A stretch of 64,000 nucleotides of DNA. It comes from Bispira polyomma. Taxonomy: Eukaryota. The stretch spans positions 10,168,001-10,232,000 of the forward strand of contig OZ287759.1 of assembly GCA_965649765.1 (NCBI GenBank). Reading direction: 5' to 3'. Position 1 is the stretch's first letter, and each line of letters opens with the position of its first letter. Below the pieces are notes generated by a model. It was not told the origin of the DNA. It ran no database searches and worked only from the letters and a program-made list of their open reading frames with translations. The position numbers and the translations under genes are program-made. Positions 13,101 through 25,500 of the stretch are shown here, one piece after another.

Positions 13101-14289
13101 TATCTCCTTTTCAGAGGGCATTTTTATGGTCCTGATGGTAGATCCCTTTAATCGTTCTGTCTAATATGAAAGAAAGATTTCCATGTAATTTGAAGGACAC
13201 AATACAACAAATCTGAAGAACTAATGTGGTTCCTGTGGTTTAAAAACAGTTAAAGAGGTAATTTATTCAATGAAATATTATTGATTATAGGATAACTAGT
13301 GCATGTTATTATATTTATATTTTAACAAAACCAGTTTAGTATAAATTTATATACCCTTTTCCAACTAGTTTCAAAATAAGACTTTGTCAAGAAAGTTATC
13401 TACAAACCACTTGAGGCAGTTTAAATTAGAAAACTCTAGTGGTGATTAGTGATAATAATGGAAATTATGTTAGATACTTGAACTGGGTAATTAAAACATA
13501 TCTGTCTCAAACTAATTAAAATTCCCTTTTGTATTTTTCTACGTATCAAATTATGTCAAACAAAGTGAATATATCACATATTATAAGCCAATAGATAATA
13601 TTAAAATATATATACATTAAAACCTTATATTATGTTATATATATATGTATATACATATATATTTGTTTTTTATACCCTCAGGTTTACATCAATAGATTGA
13701 AAACAAGAAAGGGGGCTCCTTCAGTTGTCAGAAGGGTAGCTCTGTTTAAATGTTAGATTTCTATGCTTAGCAGCTAGCCAGAGTTCGTCTGTTTTGAGTC
13801 TCTTGCAACGACAGCCGAACAGTCCCACAGTCTTGTATGAGCCATGTGATAAGACTGGTCATTTACTCATTGTCACCTTGTCGTTATATATATTTGCTAC
13901 ACAAATGGAAGAACAAGAGTTAAAAACAGTAACGTTAATATGGCCAGTATATACTCATAAAATATACCCTGACACCCTCAGTTTTGATGAGTCTATTGCT
14001 TCCAACCAATCCACGAATGCCTTCCATATTATATCTATGATGGCAGTGCTCTTTAAATAACAAAAAAAAATAAGTCATTTCTGTATGTAACAGACAGGGT
14101 GGTGGCCAAAAACGTGGAGAGTCTTCATGGACTTAGCCACGCATTCTATTTAAATCAATAAATTTTCTCTTATAAAATTATTTGTGTTTAGATTCCAATG
14201 TACATATCCACACAAAACGAAAGGGTCACTGTATTGTTTTGTTTTTCTTTCAAACAAAGCATTAACCTCACAGTGCCTCACCGGTTAAA

Positions 14290-15040
14290 TTTATCTTGAT
14301 ATGACCTTAATGTGTGAGTTTGGACCTTCAGTGATTTTGATACACTGATATTGGGCAAATTAATTTTTATTCTATGCTAGGTAATCTATGATATACAGAC
14401 TAACAGACTAAAATAGAATAAAATAGGGCTACTTTTAATCATTAAGGTTACCTTAACCTAATGGGTTGACTTTATTGTCAGACCGTAACTTAAGCTGACT
14501 CAAGGTAAGGTGGTACTAATTTAAATTGGTGGTTGCACTGTGCCAATTTGGTCTCCGACTTTCCCGATTTTTAGGTCCAGGGCATGTCTGTATAGGTCCG
14601 GGGCAAGAACAAGGTGAACGTCGAGGTCGGGAATAATATTTTAAAAACGCCCTCCAGGCTAGCTCCACCGACCCTTAAAATGGAAGGTCTGTAATGCTGA
14701 ATATAAACGGATTGTCATTACGTTCTGTCTGATAGGTCTTATCTCACTCCAGACCTGTCCTGACACTGTCCCATTCAAATGTACAGGTCGGATTTTTAAG
14801 TTTCTGATTTATTTAAGCACATTATGAATGGGCTGTTACAAGGCCTGAGCTACTTACTTTGAGGCATATGCGGATTGAGTTTAAGTTAAGGTTATATTTT
14901 TAAATGTCTTGATTTGGAATAATAGAAGGTTGCAGATTTGTTACAGCCCTAAATGGACATACGGAAGAGCGTCTATAATGCTCTAACTTTTAGAATTATG
15001 ATTGTATTTGATTGTTCCAGTCGTTTGGACCACTTAATGA
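14290..15040 (-). mobile_element. DIRS-order retrotransposon 3' remnant (tyrosine recombinase C-terminus plus 3' region)
   Basis: Reverse strand gives SVCPFRA and RVGGAS; aaccttaa/taaggt-rich 3' region like the other DIRS copies here. Confidence 0.5.
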
Positions 15041-18000
15041 GAATATGGAGGCCATGAGGTGGAAACCGGATGTCACCTCTGGCCAACTGGCCATGTCTTA
15101 ATTCAAAGAATACAGCATGCGTAACATAATACACATCATCCCACTGTAATCCATAATAATTATAACAGTGTGAGTCAACCTTTAATTGGTAAATGTATAT
15201 TCCGAATCCACCTTGGAAAAGTAACAGCCATCTGTAAATTATGTAATATTATCAACCATGTGATCTATAGTGGAATTTGAATTGTATTTAACGTGCAGGT
15301 ATATATTACAAGTGTTGTAGTGATTTCCAAGCGTATTCTCTAAACTTGATATAAAGAGCATATGAAAAGTGTATACTGTAGCAACACATAAGTTTTTAAA
15401 TTATTTTTGTTTTCTTAATTAAGTTATTTATATATATATAAATATCAGTAGCTTTCGCATGCAGTTTTACTGGATTTAAGAAAGATATTAATACTTTTAT
15501 CACTGACAGGCTACTCTGAAAAATACTACATCATATATTCTCCAATCTAATTTGTAGACCGTAAAATATATCAGTCGTGAAGTCAACAGAACATCCAGTC
15601 ATGAAATGTAAGAAAAGACTAGAAAATATTTTTATTTATATTTTAATCTGATTATTTTGTCTTTCAGCAGAACATGGTGAGATTTTATGTTTGCATTTTT
15701 ATATGATGTTCAAAATTGTTTAAAAATTTTGATACATTGCTTTTGTATTTATAATCACTATAAAATAAATTCATGCAGCTGTTGTAATACTTTAAAAATC
15801 TACCAGTTTAACATAACAAGTCACCAAAATGGCAACAACAGTATGCAGATGTGTAGGTATATTTTACACCACATGCACTATATGAATGCTGAACACCTTG
15901 TATTTATAAGCAAGAGATTACTAGCAATTGTATTTGGCTGTTCTACTGGCTGCTTGTTGCAAAGGTAAGGTAAATTTGTTTTATTTGAGATTTAAAACAT
16001 TTTTACTCATTAGGCTTTTATTTTGACATCTAACAAGTAGTACTTGTGTGCAGACATAAAGTCACCATTGACCTGTGTAACTCCTACAATAAGTGCCCTG
16101 TGTTCGTAACTTCCACTATTAATTCTAAAACAAATTATATTATTTCTTTTTTTCCTTTCACAAAGAAGGATATTGTTTCCACCCATTTCTGCTGGTTTGT
16201 TGAAATATTTGTCACTAGGATTACACCAAAAACATACGCTACGACAAATTTACATGAAATATGATTGAGTGGTTGGACATGACCCTCACGATGAATTTAT
16301 CATTTGATTTTGGGCCAGATTAGGTTGAAGAAAGTGGTTCCAGGAAATTGTGTTTTGCACATGGCACAGGTATTTGCACTACTGAGTGTTCCGTAGGTCT
16401 TAATTATATGATTATATTCGTTCTATTAATATAGACTATACAAATTGCTGGATAGTATTATGAAATATTTTATTTCACATCAAATCCATGTGGAATGGTA
16501 CCTGTGTGCATAGATGAAAAACCTGTAATGAGCTGGCGTTGAAGAATTATAATGATCATTTGCCCTTTAAATGTCAAGTCATTGTGTAAAGAATACAAAA
16601 ACCTCTGTATTTTTTACTGAAAAAAACTTTTACAAAGGGAAAGATTCAGCAAGCATAAATCATTTAGAAATAAAAGTAGCAATGTGATTTCACATTCAAC
16701 GAGGCTTTCTTCAGCACTAAAAATCCAAAGACATTGAGTAGGTCATTTACAATGTCTTTGCTGACAGCCATCTTACTGCTGTAGCCCTACCTTTACAAAC
16801 AGCTCGCAATATTGCAGGCATGTAACTTTCTTAAAATATTTTTAAACCTCACCAAAGCAATATTTCCTTTATTCAAAGCTATCTATGTAGGGTTATTTAT
16901 GGTCTTGTTATCCAAACTGATGTATCTTCAAACCTTCGCAAGACATTGGCTTTCTATTCACTATCAAATTTGTTCAAATTCCATGTCACCACTTTTAAAG
17001 CTGTTGTATAATAGCCCTCTTAATTTGCTACTCATCTTTCCTTTAGTAACCTTAAGAGATGAGATATACTGCCAGTTTTCTCTGCCAACGCCACCAAGAG
17101 GGCTGTATCTAGAGCTTTGTCAATTGCTACCTTTAAGGAACAAGAACAAAACAGGTTTACAAACGTTAAAAACGAGGATAATGAGAACAAAAATGTGGCA
17201 AGCGTCTTTCTAAAACGTTGCTAACAAGGTAATGTATTTTCAAAATGTGGCTAACGAGTCAAACATAAGTAAAATGCCTACTATAATGTGTTTAACGTGT
17301 GTACAAACGTGTATTGAACATGTACAAAACGGCCTATACTTTTACTTTTTGCTACATTTCGCGATTTTCCCACAGTTTTTCACTTCCTTTTCTCCTTTTT
17401 ACAGAAATTAAAACGTAACGCCAACATAGCTCAGTGTGATGACCTAGTCATCGCGAGTACTAATTGGGCACTCGTGCTTACGATATCTCTTATTAATGGA
17501 AGCTATGAAGCAAGAATTGCTCAATTGCTAGTATGTTAGGTATATACTAACATTTTACTTCAATATAAGGTTGTCATTCACTAAATTCGCAGCATTTTCA
17601 TCTGTTTTGCAATATTTTCTCGGAAGCGAAATCCGCCATCTTGTGATGACATCATCACCTTATATATACACTGGTCGGTGTTGTTTACTATTAGGGCGGT
17701 GTGTTCCGAGCGGTGTTCGGGCCATTTCGGAAATTGAGTGATGCATTGTGGGGGCTTTTTCTTCTGGAAACAGCCGATTCACATCCCGAAGCTCGTTGTT
17801 TGGTCTCTATATAAGACTCGGTGTAATTATTATTCAGCGGTGTTCTAGCTGGGGCCAACGGAAGGTACATCGATTTCTCGGATTTATTCTTATAATATGC
17901 TAATTTATTCCGGTTCGGTTCATTCTTTTCAGATCCAAATCTCTTAATTTATGTCATTAATGTATTCAAATATAGGGTGTAACTTTTATCCAATTTAATT

Positions 18001-18705
18001 GAGGTTTTGCTATTTATTTGCTAATTATTGTCAGATTGGGGGTTTCCCTCCCTTTTTGTTGATCAACAAAACCTCATGTTTTTGACAGTTCTTACAATTT
18101 GTGATTATATTTCAGTTGTGGGATATAGTAATTTAATAATTATTTATATAGACACATGTAATTTGCTGCCTTGTATTGCCGGTCTATGTGTTTATTATAG
18201 TGTAACTTGAATATTTGTAAGGCGGTATGTTTTGTCAGGTCCAGCTTGTTGAACTATAGAGACAGAAATGAAATAGGCTGACATTGTACAATATATAGTG
18301 TTGTATTTTACCACTGCCACATAGCTGTCTTAAATTTATATCGGTGCACAGGACTGGTGCATTTATATTGTTGTTTTCCGTGTTTTTGTAACCGTATAAT
18401 TATATGTACACTTTTTGATTTATAATATACATATTGAAGTTAATTTTGTTGTTCTTAATTTGTAATTAAAAGTCATCTTGTGAGCTTATTGATCCAGGCT
18501 TCAATAACCCCAGCTTACTCGGTGGCCTTGCCCATACAAATCTGTTTTCTGGCCACCTGCCTACTTGAACACAACGCGAACTGATACTTCATTGAGACTT
18601 ATATCTGAATTTGGTCAGCTGGGCTAAACAGGGTCGTTACACTCAGTCTGACCACAGCATTAGGTTAGTGAATTGTCTTACAGTTGAGCTTTAGTCACTA
18701 GAAAC
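15040..18705 (+). repeat. Segmental duplication unit, copy 2 (3'-truncated; insertion at ~17135-18662)
   Basis: Same landmarks as copy 1. The shared L2 fragment resumes at ~18662 (ttagtgaattgtc..acagttgagct). Confidence 0.85.
17435..18641. mobile_element. Solo LTR (1207 bp) of an LTR retrotransposon
   Basis: Begins TGTGATGACC and ends GGTCGTTACA (TG...CA, imperfect terminal IR); flanked by 5-bp direct repeat CTCAG (17430-17434, 18642-18646); no ORF. Confidence 0.85.
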
Positions 18706-18809
18706 AAGAAAAATCACCAACCACTGCAAACTTGCTGCAGTGTTTAGGCCAATCAATAAAAATATGGACACCGTGAGGTGCAAACAGGATGTCACCTCAG
18801 GCCAACTGA

Positions 18810-21800
18810 GATTTTGGGTGAGCATGTAGTACTTTATTCTGGAGTCTGCCTTCATGCTAACACCAGCCATTGAAAGTTTTGCCTTTGTTGCAGCCACGTA
18901 GTTTAACATAGCTGAGTGAGTAATGTTGTTTGAGAATAGCATTTCTAAGATGCTGACAAAACTTGTACATCTACTAATTGGAGTGAGATATAAGCAAAAA
19001 GCAGAATATGCAACAAATACTCTAAACATTGACCTCTGTGTGAATGGTCTAAAGGTGTGCTGTATCTTGGCTGCCATCTTGATAGCCATTGATGTGAGCT
19101 GTATACACTTTGTTATGAGTAATTGCCCATCTCCATAACAGGTCATATTGAGCATGTATAACTGCACAATTGAGTAGTTTGTTAAAATACAATAACAATA
19201 TTTGGGAGTACACGAGCATTTTGCCATCTACCCACAAAACCTTGCAAACAAGCATTCAGCTCCCATGTTGCTTCTACTGGTCTATGATCAAATACAACTG
19301 TGTCATCAGACGTCACGTCAGTAAGAATGCTTTAAATCTTGAAGAAATTCGTTAGTCAGTTATAATTTTTTGGTATCATGTGCCTTTCCAAGCATGTCCA
19401 GCATTATATTTAAGAAGACACGTTAGATTCGTACACACTTCAAGATGTACAGAAGAGACCCCAATAATGATTGTAGATCCTGTTTTGAACATGATGAACA
19501 AAGGCTTTTTGATAGTGGTGAGTTGATTCAAGGTATGAAAATCGCAAAAAAATCTCATGTCCACTACCATGCCTACCAGGGTCCTCATACAGCTCCTGGT
19601 CTCACAAGATAGTTGGTGATAAATAATGGTCAAAATAGTATACTTGGTGTTCCACGATTTTGAGCTTTATTTGAAGGTTGAGATGGAGTGGTAGTGATAT
19701 GGTCGAAGTTGGAAGATCTGATGCTGTTTGGAGAATTTTTATTTACATATAATTTTTGTACAAATATACAACAAGTTTTAAAATATATGATTTTTAAAAC
19801 TTGTAAAAGGCCATACGGCTTACTTGTAAGGCATAAAAAACCACACACATATAGTGTAATAAGCAAAAGGCAATCATCAAATAACATATAACATCACTAT
19901 ATACGCGAGTTCTAACGTATGTAATCCTTGTATTGTTCACACTTTAAACCTGTTCAGCTCAGAGAAGTTAAAATAGGTGTCTGACCATGATTTTAAACAA
20001 TTAATCTACACATATACTTAAATCATGCAATTAGAACAAAGATAGACTCGACACTGGAACCTGCGGCACCAACATGCCTAGCAATGGCCATTCCTTCCCC
20101 GCAGAGCTCCGAATTCCCTTGGCAACCACGCCAAGGGCAAGTATATGAAGGGAAGGATCTCACCACTACATGGTTTTGACGTCGAATCTGCCTAAGTTCG
20201 AGTTGCATGAACTTTACACCACAAATAATGTCACTCAACACAGGGAGGGTGGGCGAGGTAATTTTTCAAATGTGTGTACCCTTTGGCTGTGGTTTTATTA
20301 ATGAAGAGAAAGAGAAATTAGTTGACAAGTATTGAACCCTAACGACCCTCAATGCATATTGGTCGCTAGGAAAGTTACAGTAAATTGGCTAATTTGTGCG
20401 ACTGCCAAGTCATGCCCTGGAGCAGTGACTCTGATTAGTTGTTTGACTTCATGAAATATTTTGAAGTTTTTCCGAGATTATGGAGTCACCAGACATGCTG
20501 GTGGACCTAAATTCATCCTTAGAATGTTCCTGAACCACAGCGGTAGCTCACGGCAGTTTACATTTATCATCTATTGACTTTTTTATGGCTAACACCTGAG
20601 TAAGATACTCTTCCTGGTAATGACTACCATCGACCCCACCGATTTTTAACAAATGCTTAGGTTAGTCACGCCTAAAAATTTGTTGTACGAAGATTATACG
20701 CTATAAAATTCATCCTAATTGGCAATAAGAAACACAGCGAATACTTCACTTTTCTCAATCACACAGCTGAGATTCAACCTTCAGACCAGGTCAAAAACCT
20801 CGGTGTCACTTTTTAATTTCTTCCTCACATTAACAACATCCGCCTCTCCTGTTACTATCACAACCGCAAAATAATCAGAAATTATCTGTCACTAGATACT
20901 GCTATCACTGTGGCCATCTCTCTCGGAAGTAGCCGCCCTGACTACTGTAATTATCTTCTGTATGGAGCCAATAAGTCCCACATAAACAAGTTGCAGTCCA
21001 TTCAAAATTGTATATGTAGAGTCATCTTTCATTTGGGAATCAATACTGATGTCACTTAATACCTCAAGAAACTTCACTGGCTTTCTACTCACTATCGAAT
21101 CGTGTTTAAAATGCAGGTAACCAGCTTTAAAGCTGTTGTCTCTCAACAGCCTCACCACCTCGCCAATAAACTCTCCTTCAGCAGCCTTAAAAGGGAAAAA
21201 AGACTCTCTGTTTCCTCTAAAAAACCCACCAAGAGAGTTGGATCTAGAGCCTTCTCGGTCGCTGCCCCTATGTTATGGAACAGCCTTCCAGTTGAACTTA
21301 GACTGCTTGAAAGACTTTCTGGCTTTAGGAGAAAGCTTAAAACCCATCTCTTCAGGCTCGCTCATCTGCCATAGTCCTCTCTATGGGCGCTGACGCATCC
21401 ATCTTTACGACCTGGCTATGTTTTTTTATTTTTCTGTTGGCTGAATGATTCAGATGTTGCGCCCTAGAAGATACCGAGGATCAATAAGGGGCGTTAAAAA
21501 TGTACAATACAATACAACTCTAATAAATACACAGATGCAGTTTTTCATTCAATTTGTCCTAAGTAATACAGAGTAAACCAGGCTCCACATTATTTTATAC
21601 ACAAACAAATAAACATTTACCAGGAGGCTCAAACTTCGCAACACTTATTGGAAGTCCAAAATTATGCAACAATTTAAACAGAAAATCAGTTGCTTCACTA
21701 GCAACAGATTGCAAATTTTGAATACAAATTGAGTCAAAAATGTAGTTGCTTATAGTTAAACTCTTCTTGTGATAATAATTATTATACTGGATACAGTCTG

Positions 21801-21815
21801 TCATTCTCTGACAAT
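18810..21815 (-). mobile_element. Fragmented DIRS-order retrotransposon (gag/RT/RNase H/YR remnants) with nested L2 fragment
   Basis: YR N-terminal MFRVFVAY...HSAMLNYVAATKAKL; RNase H ACLQGFVGRW; RT DFLFKLLHNFGLPISVAKFEPP (~21620-21700). Confidence 0.7.
20640..21520 (+). mobile_element. L2/CR1-group LINE 3' fragment with (AATAC)n tail
   Basis: SRAFSVAAPMLWNSLPVELR...FRRKLKTHLF; tail tacaatacaatacaa. Confidence 0.85.
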
Positions 21816-22569
21816 GTCTTAAGCCAAAGAGTACAGCTTGCGTAACATAATACACACTATCTCACTGTAATCCCTAAGCATTATAACAATGTGAGTCAAA
21901 CCTAAATTTATTATTGCACATTCTAAATCCCCCTTTTAAAAGTAACAGTCATCTGTAAATTATGTGATATTATCATGTGATCTATAGTGGAATTTGAATT
22001 GTATTTAACTTGCAGTTATATATAACATGTGTGGTGTTGGTTTGCAAGCATATTCTATAAACTTGATATAATGAACATAGTATATAAGATTTTTCTGTAC
22101 CTACACATAAGTTTTAAAAAATTATAAGATATTTATATATAAGTAGCAGTAGCTTTCTCGTGATGGTTTTACCTGATTTCAGAAATATATTAATATAGTT
22201 ATCACTAACAGGTTACCATTAACAATACTACATTATATATCCTCCAATCGAGTTTGTATACATTAACATATAATCATAAAGTCAACAGAACATACAGTCA
22301 TAAAATGGAAGAAAAGTTAAAAACAAACTCATTAACACAGTCTTTTAAAACATTTTCATTTTTATTTTAATCTGATAATTTTGTCTTTTCGCAGAACATG
22401 GTAAGATTTTATATTTGTATTTTTAAATGATGTCCAAAATTGTTTTTTTTATGCATTGTATTTGTATTTATAATACCATATAATAAATGCATGCAGCTGT
22501 TTATTATAACATGTCTGCAAAATGGATACAAAAATATGTTTATGTTTAGATATATAACGCTACACCTTT

Positions 22570-25500
22570 TTTCACAAAATTGCAGTTTAAATCATAACGA
22601 TAATCCCTACAAAAGTCAAAATTCAACATAAAGATAAATTTCTCCCTCTTAATATACATCAGTAACTATGATGACTGACCTATATCCCGAGGCTTAGCCT
22701 GCCATATGTCAAAGATTAATCTCCTTCAATACCCGCGAGTGTAAACATAACTCGAGCCATTGTTAAGATAACCTGTGGAGACAAACGATGTCACTTCTCA
22801 CCTGCCAGGACAAATAATTCAAATTTCAAATAAAATATCCAGGAAGCAACATCCTTGCGCCTATAGATCAATTGTGAGGCTTAACGATTGATCTTCTGTA
22901 TCCCAGAATTATCCTGTCACATTATGAAGATAAATCTCTAAACAAACCCTGATACTTTGAGGAAGCCAAAAGATAAATCGGACCGTTGTTAAGATAACTT
23001 GGGAAAACAGAAGTTAAATTGGGCCATTGTTAGGATAACCTGGGAAGCCTATAGATAACTCACGGTTTGCAAAGATAACTGTGGGACGTCAAAAAAAATT
23101 GGGAGTACACCAGGATTGAAATTGGGGCACCCCAAATCATATAAAAGGCACTTATAAAAGGAACTTCAGCAACGCCTGTGCAATTTTAAACAGTCATAGA
23201 ATGGTGTTTCATTTTGAGATACATATATAAAGGCTATTGTTTGTTTCAAATATCAATGATGTTATAACTTTAATTTAAATAATTATGCCACCAAAAAAGA
23301 AAACAAGGGATGAGGATAATAGTTGAGGAGGAGGAGGAAGAGAGCACGGAGTTCAACATTAGAGACGCAGTGAAGGAATAGCCGGACATCGTTTCAGAGA
23401 CACAGTCCCCAACACAACCCGTCCGAATGAGAATCTAAGTGAGGGTATATGATTTTATTATATATATATATAAAGACACGTAAAAGTGTAAAATATATAT
23501 CATCTAACTACCAGGTATATTTACATCTCTAATAAGTTTACACAATTCACTTTAAGTATATGCAACATTTAAACCTTTTAAGTTAAGTTTTATATACTTA
23601 ACTCACATTAGTCGTTCAGTTAGGTTTTTTACACACTTAACTTTAAGTTTAACATTTAACCTTTAAATTACGTTTTTACACACTTTACTTAAGTATGACA
23701 TTGAGAACCTTGAGCTAAGGTCACCTTACCTTAAGGTAAGTATTTTAAAGAATAAGTTTTTTCCGAACTTGGGGTGACCCTAACTTTAGGGTCGATTATG
23801 AAGGTAGGGTGACCTTAGCTTAAGCATCAGGCTCTAATTTTACCTGTGCTTTTTACATGATATGCAAACCTTCAAACCCAACAGTAGGAGTAGGGCCCAC
23901 ATTAGCCACTAGCCAATATCCTCAGCGAGGCACCTGAATGTCAGAATGAATGGAAAGTGCAATAATTTGATGGAAGTCCCATTTTCCTATTAAGACTAGC
24001 CAAAACTTTTCTAACCCTTGAATCCGTGACAACCTGGCAACCCTTTGCAGTATGACATTGCAATAAGGGTGTATTACTTTGTGGAGCATACAACTTAATT
24101 ACTCGTTTCAAAGCCTGATATGGGCAGATTAAGCTCTTTCCAAGACGTGGGAGAGCCAACACCTTGACTTGATCCCTGGTCTGCATAGTCTTAGACCACT
24201 TTATGAATAATTGGGCAGTGTTTTTCTGAAACAGGACACCTCCCCCAGCAAGATGACGGGTGTGATAAAAGTCGGCCACTGCATGTGGCGCAATATTGGA
24301 TAATCTCAAAATCCCAAAAACCCAACCAGGAATATTGCCCTAAACACTTGTGAGTTGCTTACATCTTCGCAAGCCCCAATTAATTGTTTAAGTGTATCCA
24401 CATCCATGATGTTTCGTTTTGTTATTTTTGTCTGTTGATTTTTAGAGCTTTAATAAAATACCTAATTTTTGGGTGCTCCAAAACTTGAAATTGCAAATCA
24501 TACAACACACACATAGCTTTTATAGCAGACACATGATTATTGATCATGTGAACAGAAACACCATTTAACATGACTTTGACACATATGCAGAAACCAAAGA
24601 ATGTCCTAAACAACATGGCATAGCACTTCCTCGTTTTGGGTCTGAATGCTGTGTAAGTCCTTATGCTGGCTTTTTGATTCAGCCCCTGGAGCTCCTTTGC
24701 ATCTACAACACAAAGCATAGTAACTGATACCAATTGTTTTAACTTATACTTCGACATCAATATCTGTCATCTCAATATTTGTCTTGAGCCATATCGGCTT
24801 ATCAACCAGTGAATGTAACTCATGTCTTTACCGGAATTTGGTCATCTTGAGAGCAAGTCTGCCACTCTATTTTGTTGCCCTAATACGTGTACATATTGGA
24901 GATCGATGTCAGCCACTGCAGCCAAGTGCCAGATATTTCTTGCACAGGCAGCCAGGAAAGGATCTCTGGCCCTACCAAACTTTAATACGTTTACCACAGT
25001 CTGGTTTTCGCATTTTACTAATACTCTAGCACCTTTTCGAATAAGTTTTGTACAATTTAAGTGAAACAACTATTTTGACCATCTCAAGATGAACTATAGT
25101 AAAACTTTTGAAATTCAAAGGTATTGGCAAGTGATATACAATATTTCTCCACCTTCCTCCAAGGCCCACCAGGCAGGCGTCCAACTCCAATGTGTAATCA
25201 ATTACCTTGTGACCATACATTGAAACGCCATTGTATAGAGGCAAGAACTTTTGAAACCACCTTTAATCCGTTCTGAATTCTTCACCAAGTATCACTTTGT
25301 TTACATTTGTAATCCCTCTAAGCACCTCCAACATTCTACTTAGAAATACCCTTGCTGATTTTACGCACTTATGGATGTACAATAATTGACCAAGCAACGA
25401 CTGCAACTGCATTTTAGTGCAGAGCACCTTTGTTTCCCAATCTTTTACTGTTTGTTTAATCTGGTCAAGTTTTGTTTTTGGTATAGATACTGTACCTTCG

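Larger units (their letters stand above)
8475..14270 (+). repeat. Tandem segmental duplication unit, copy 1 (interrupted by LINE 9456-11000 and MITE 11648-12522)
   Basis: Collinear similarity with 15040-18705 and 18740-33135 (caagcgtattctctaaacttgatataaa, aagtcaacagaacat, cagAACATGgt, ctactggctgc.tgttgcaaaggt). Confidence 0.85.

Noticed and set aside
15760-15964. Decayed HHIP cysteine-rich-domain exon (SCC...C.Y...AEHL)
   Set aside because: Cys spacing only loosely resembles the CRD and cannot be supported without a profile search.
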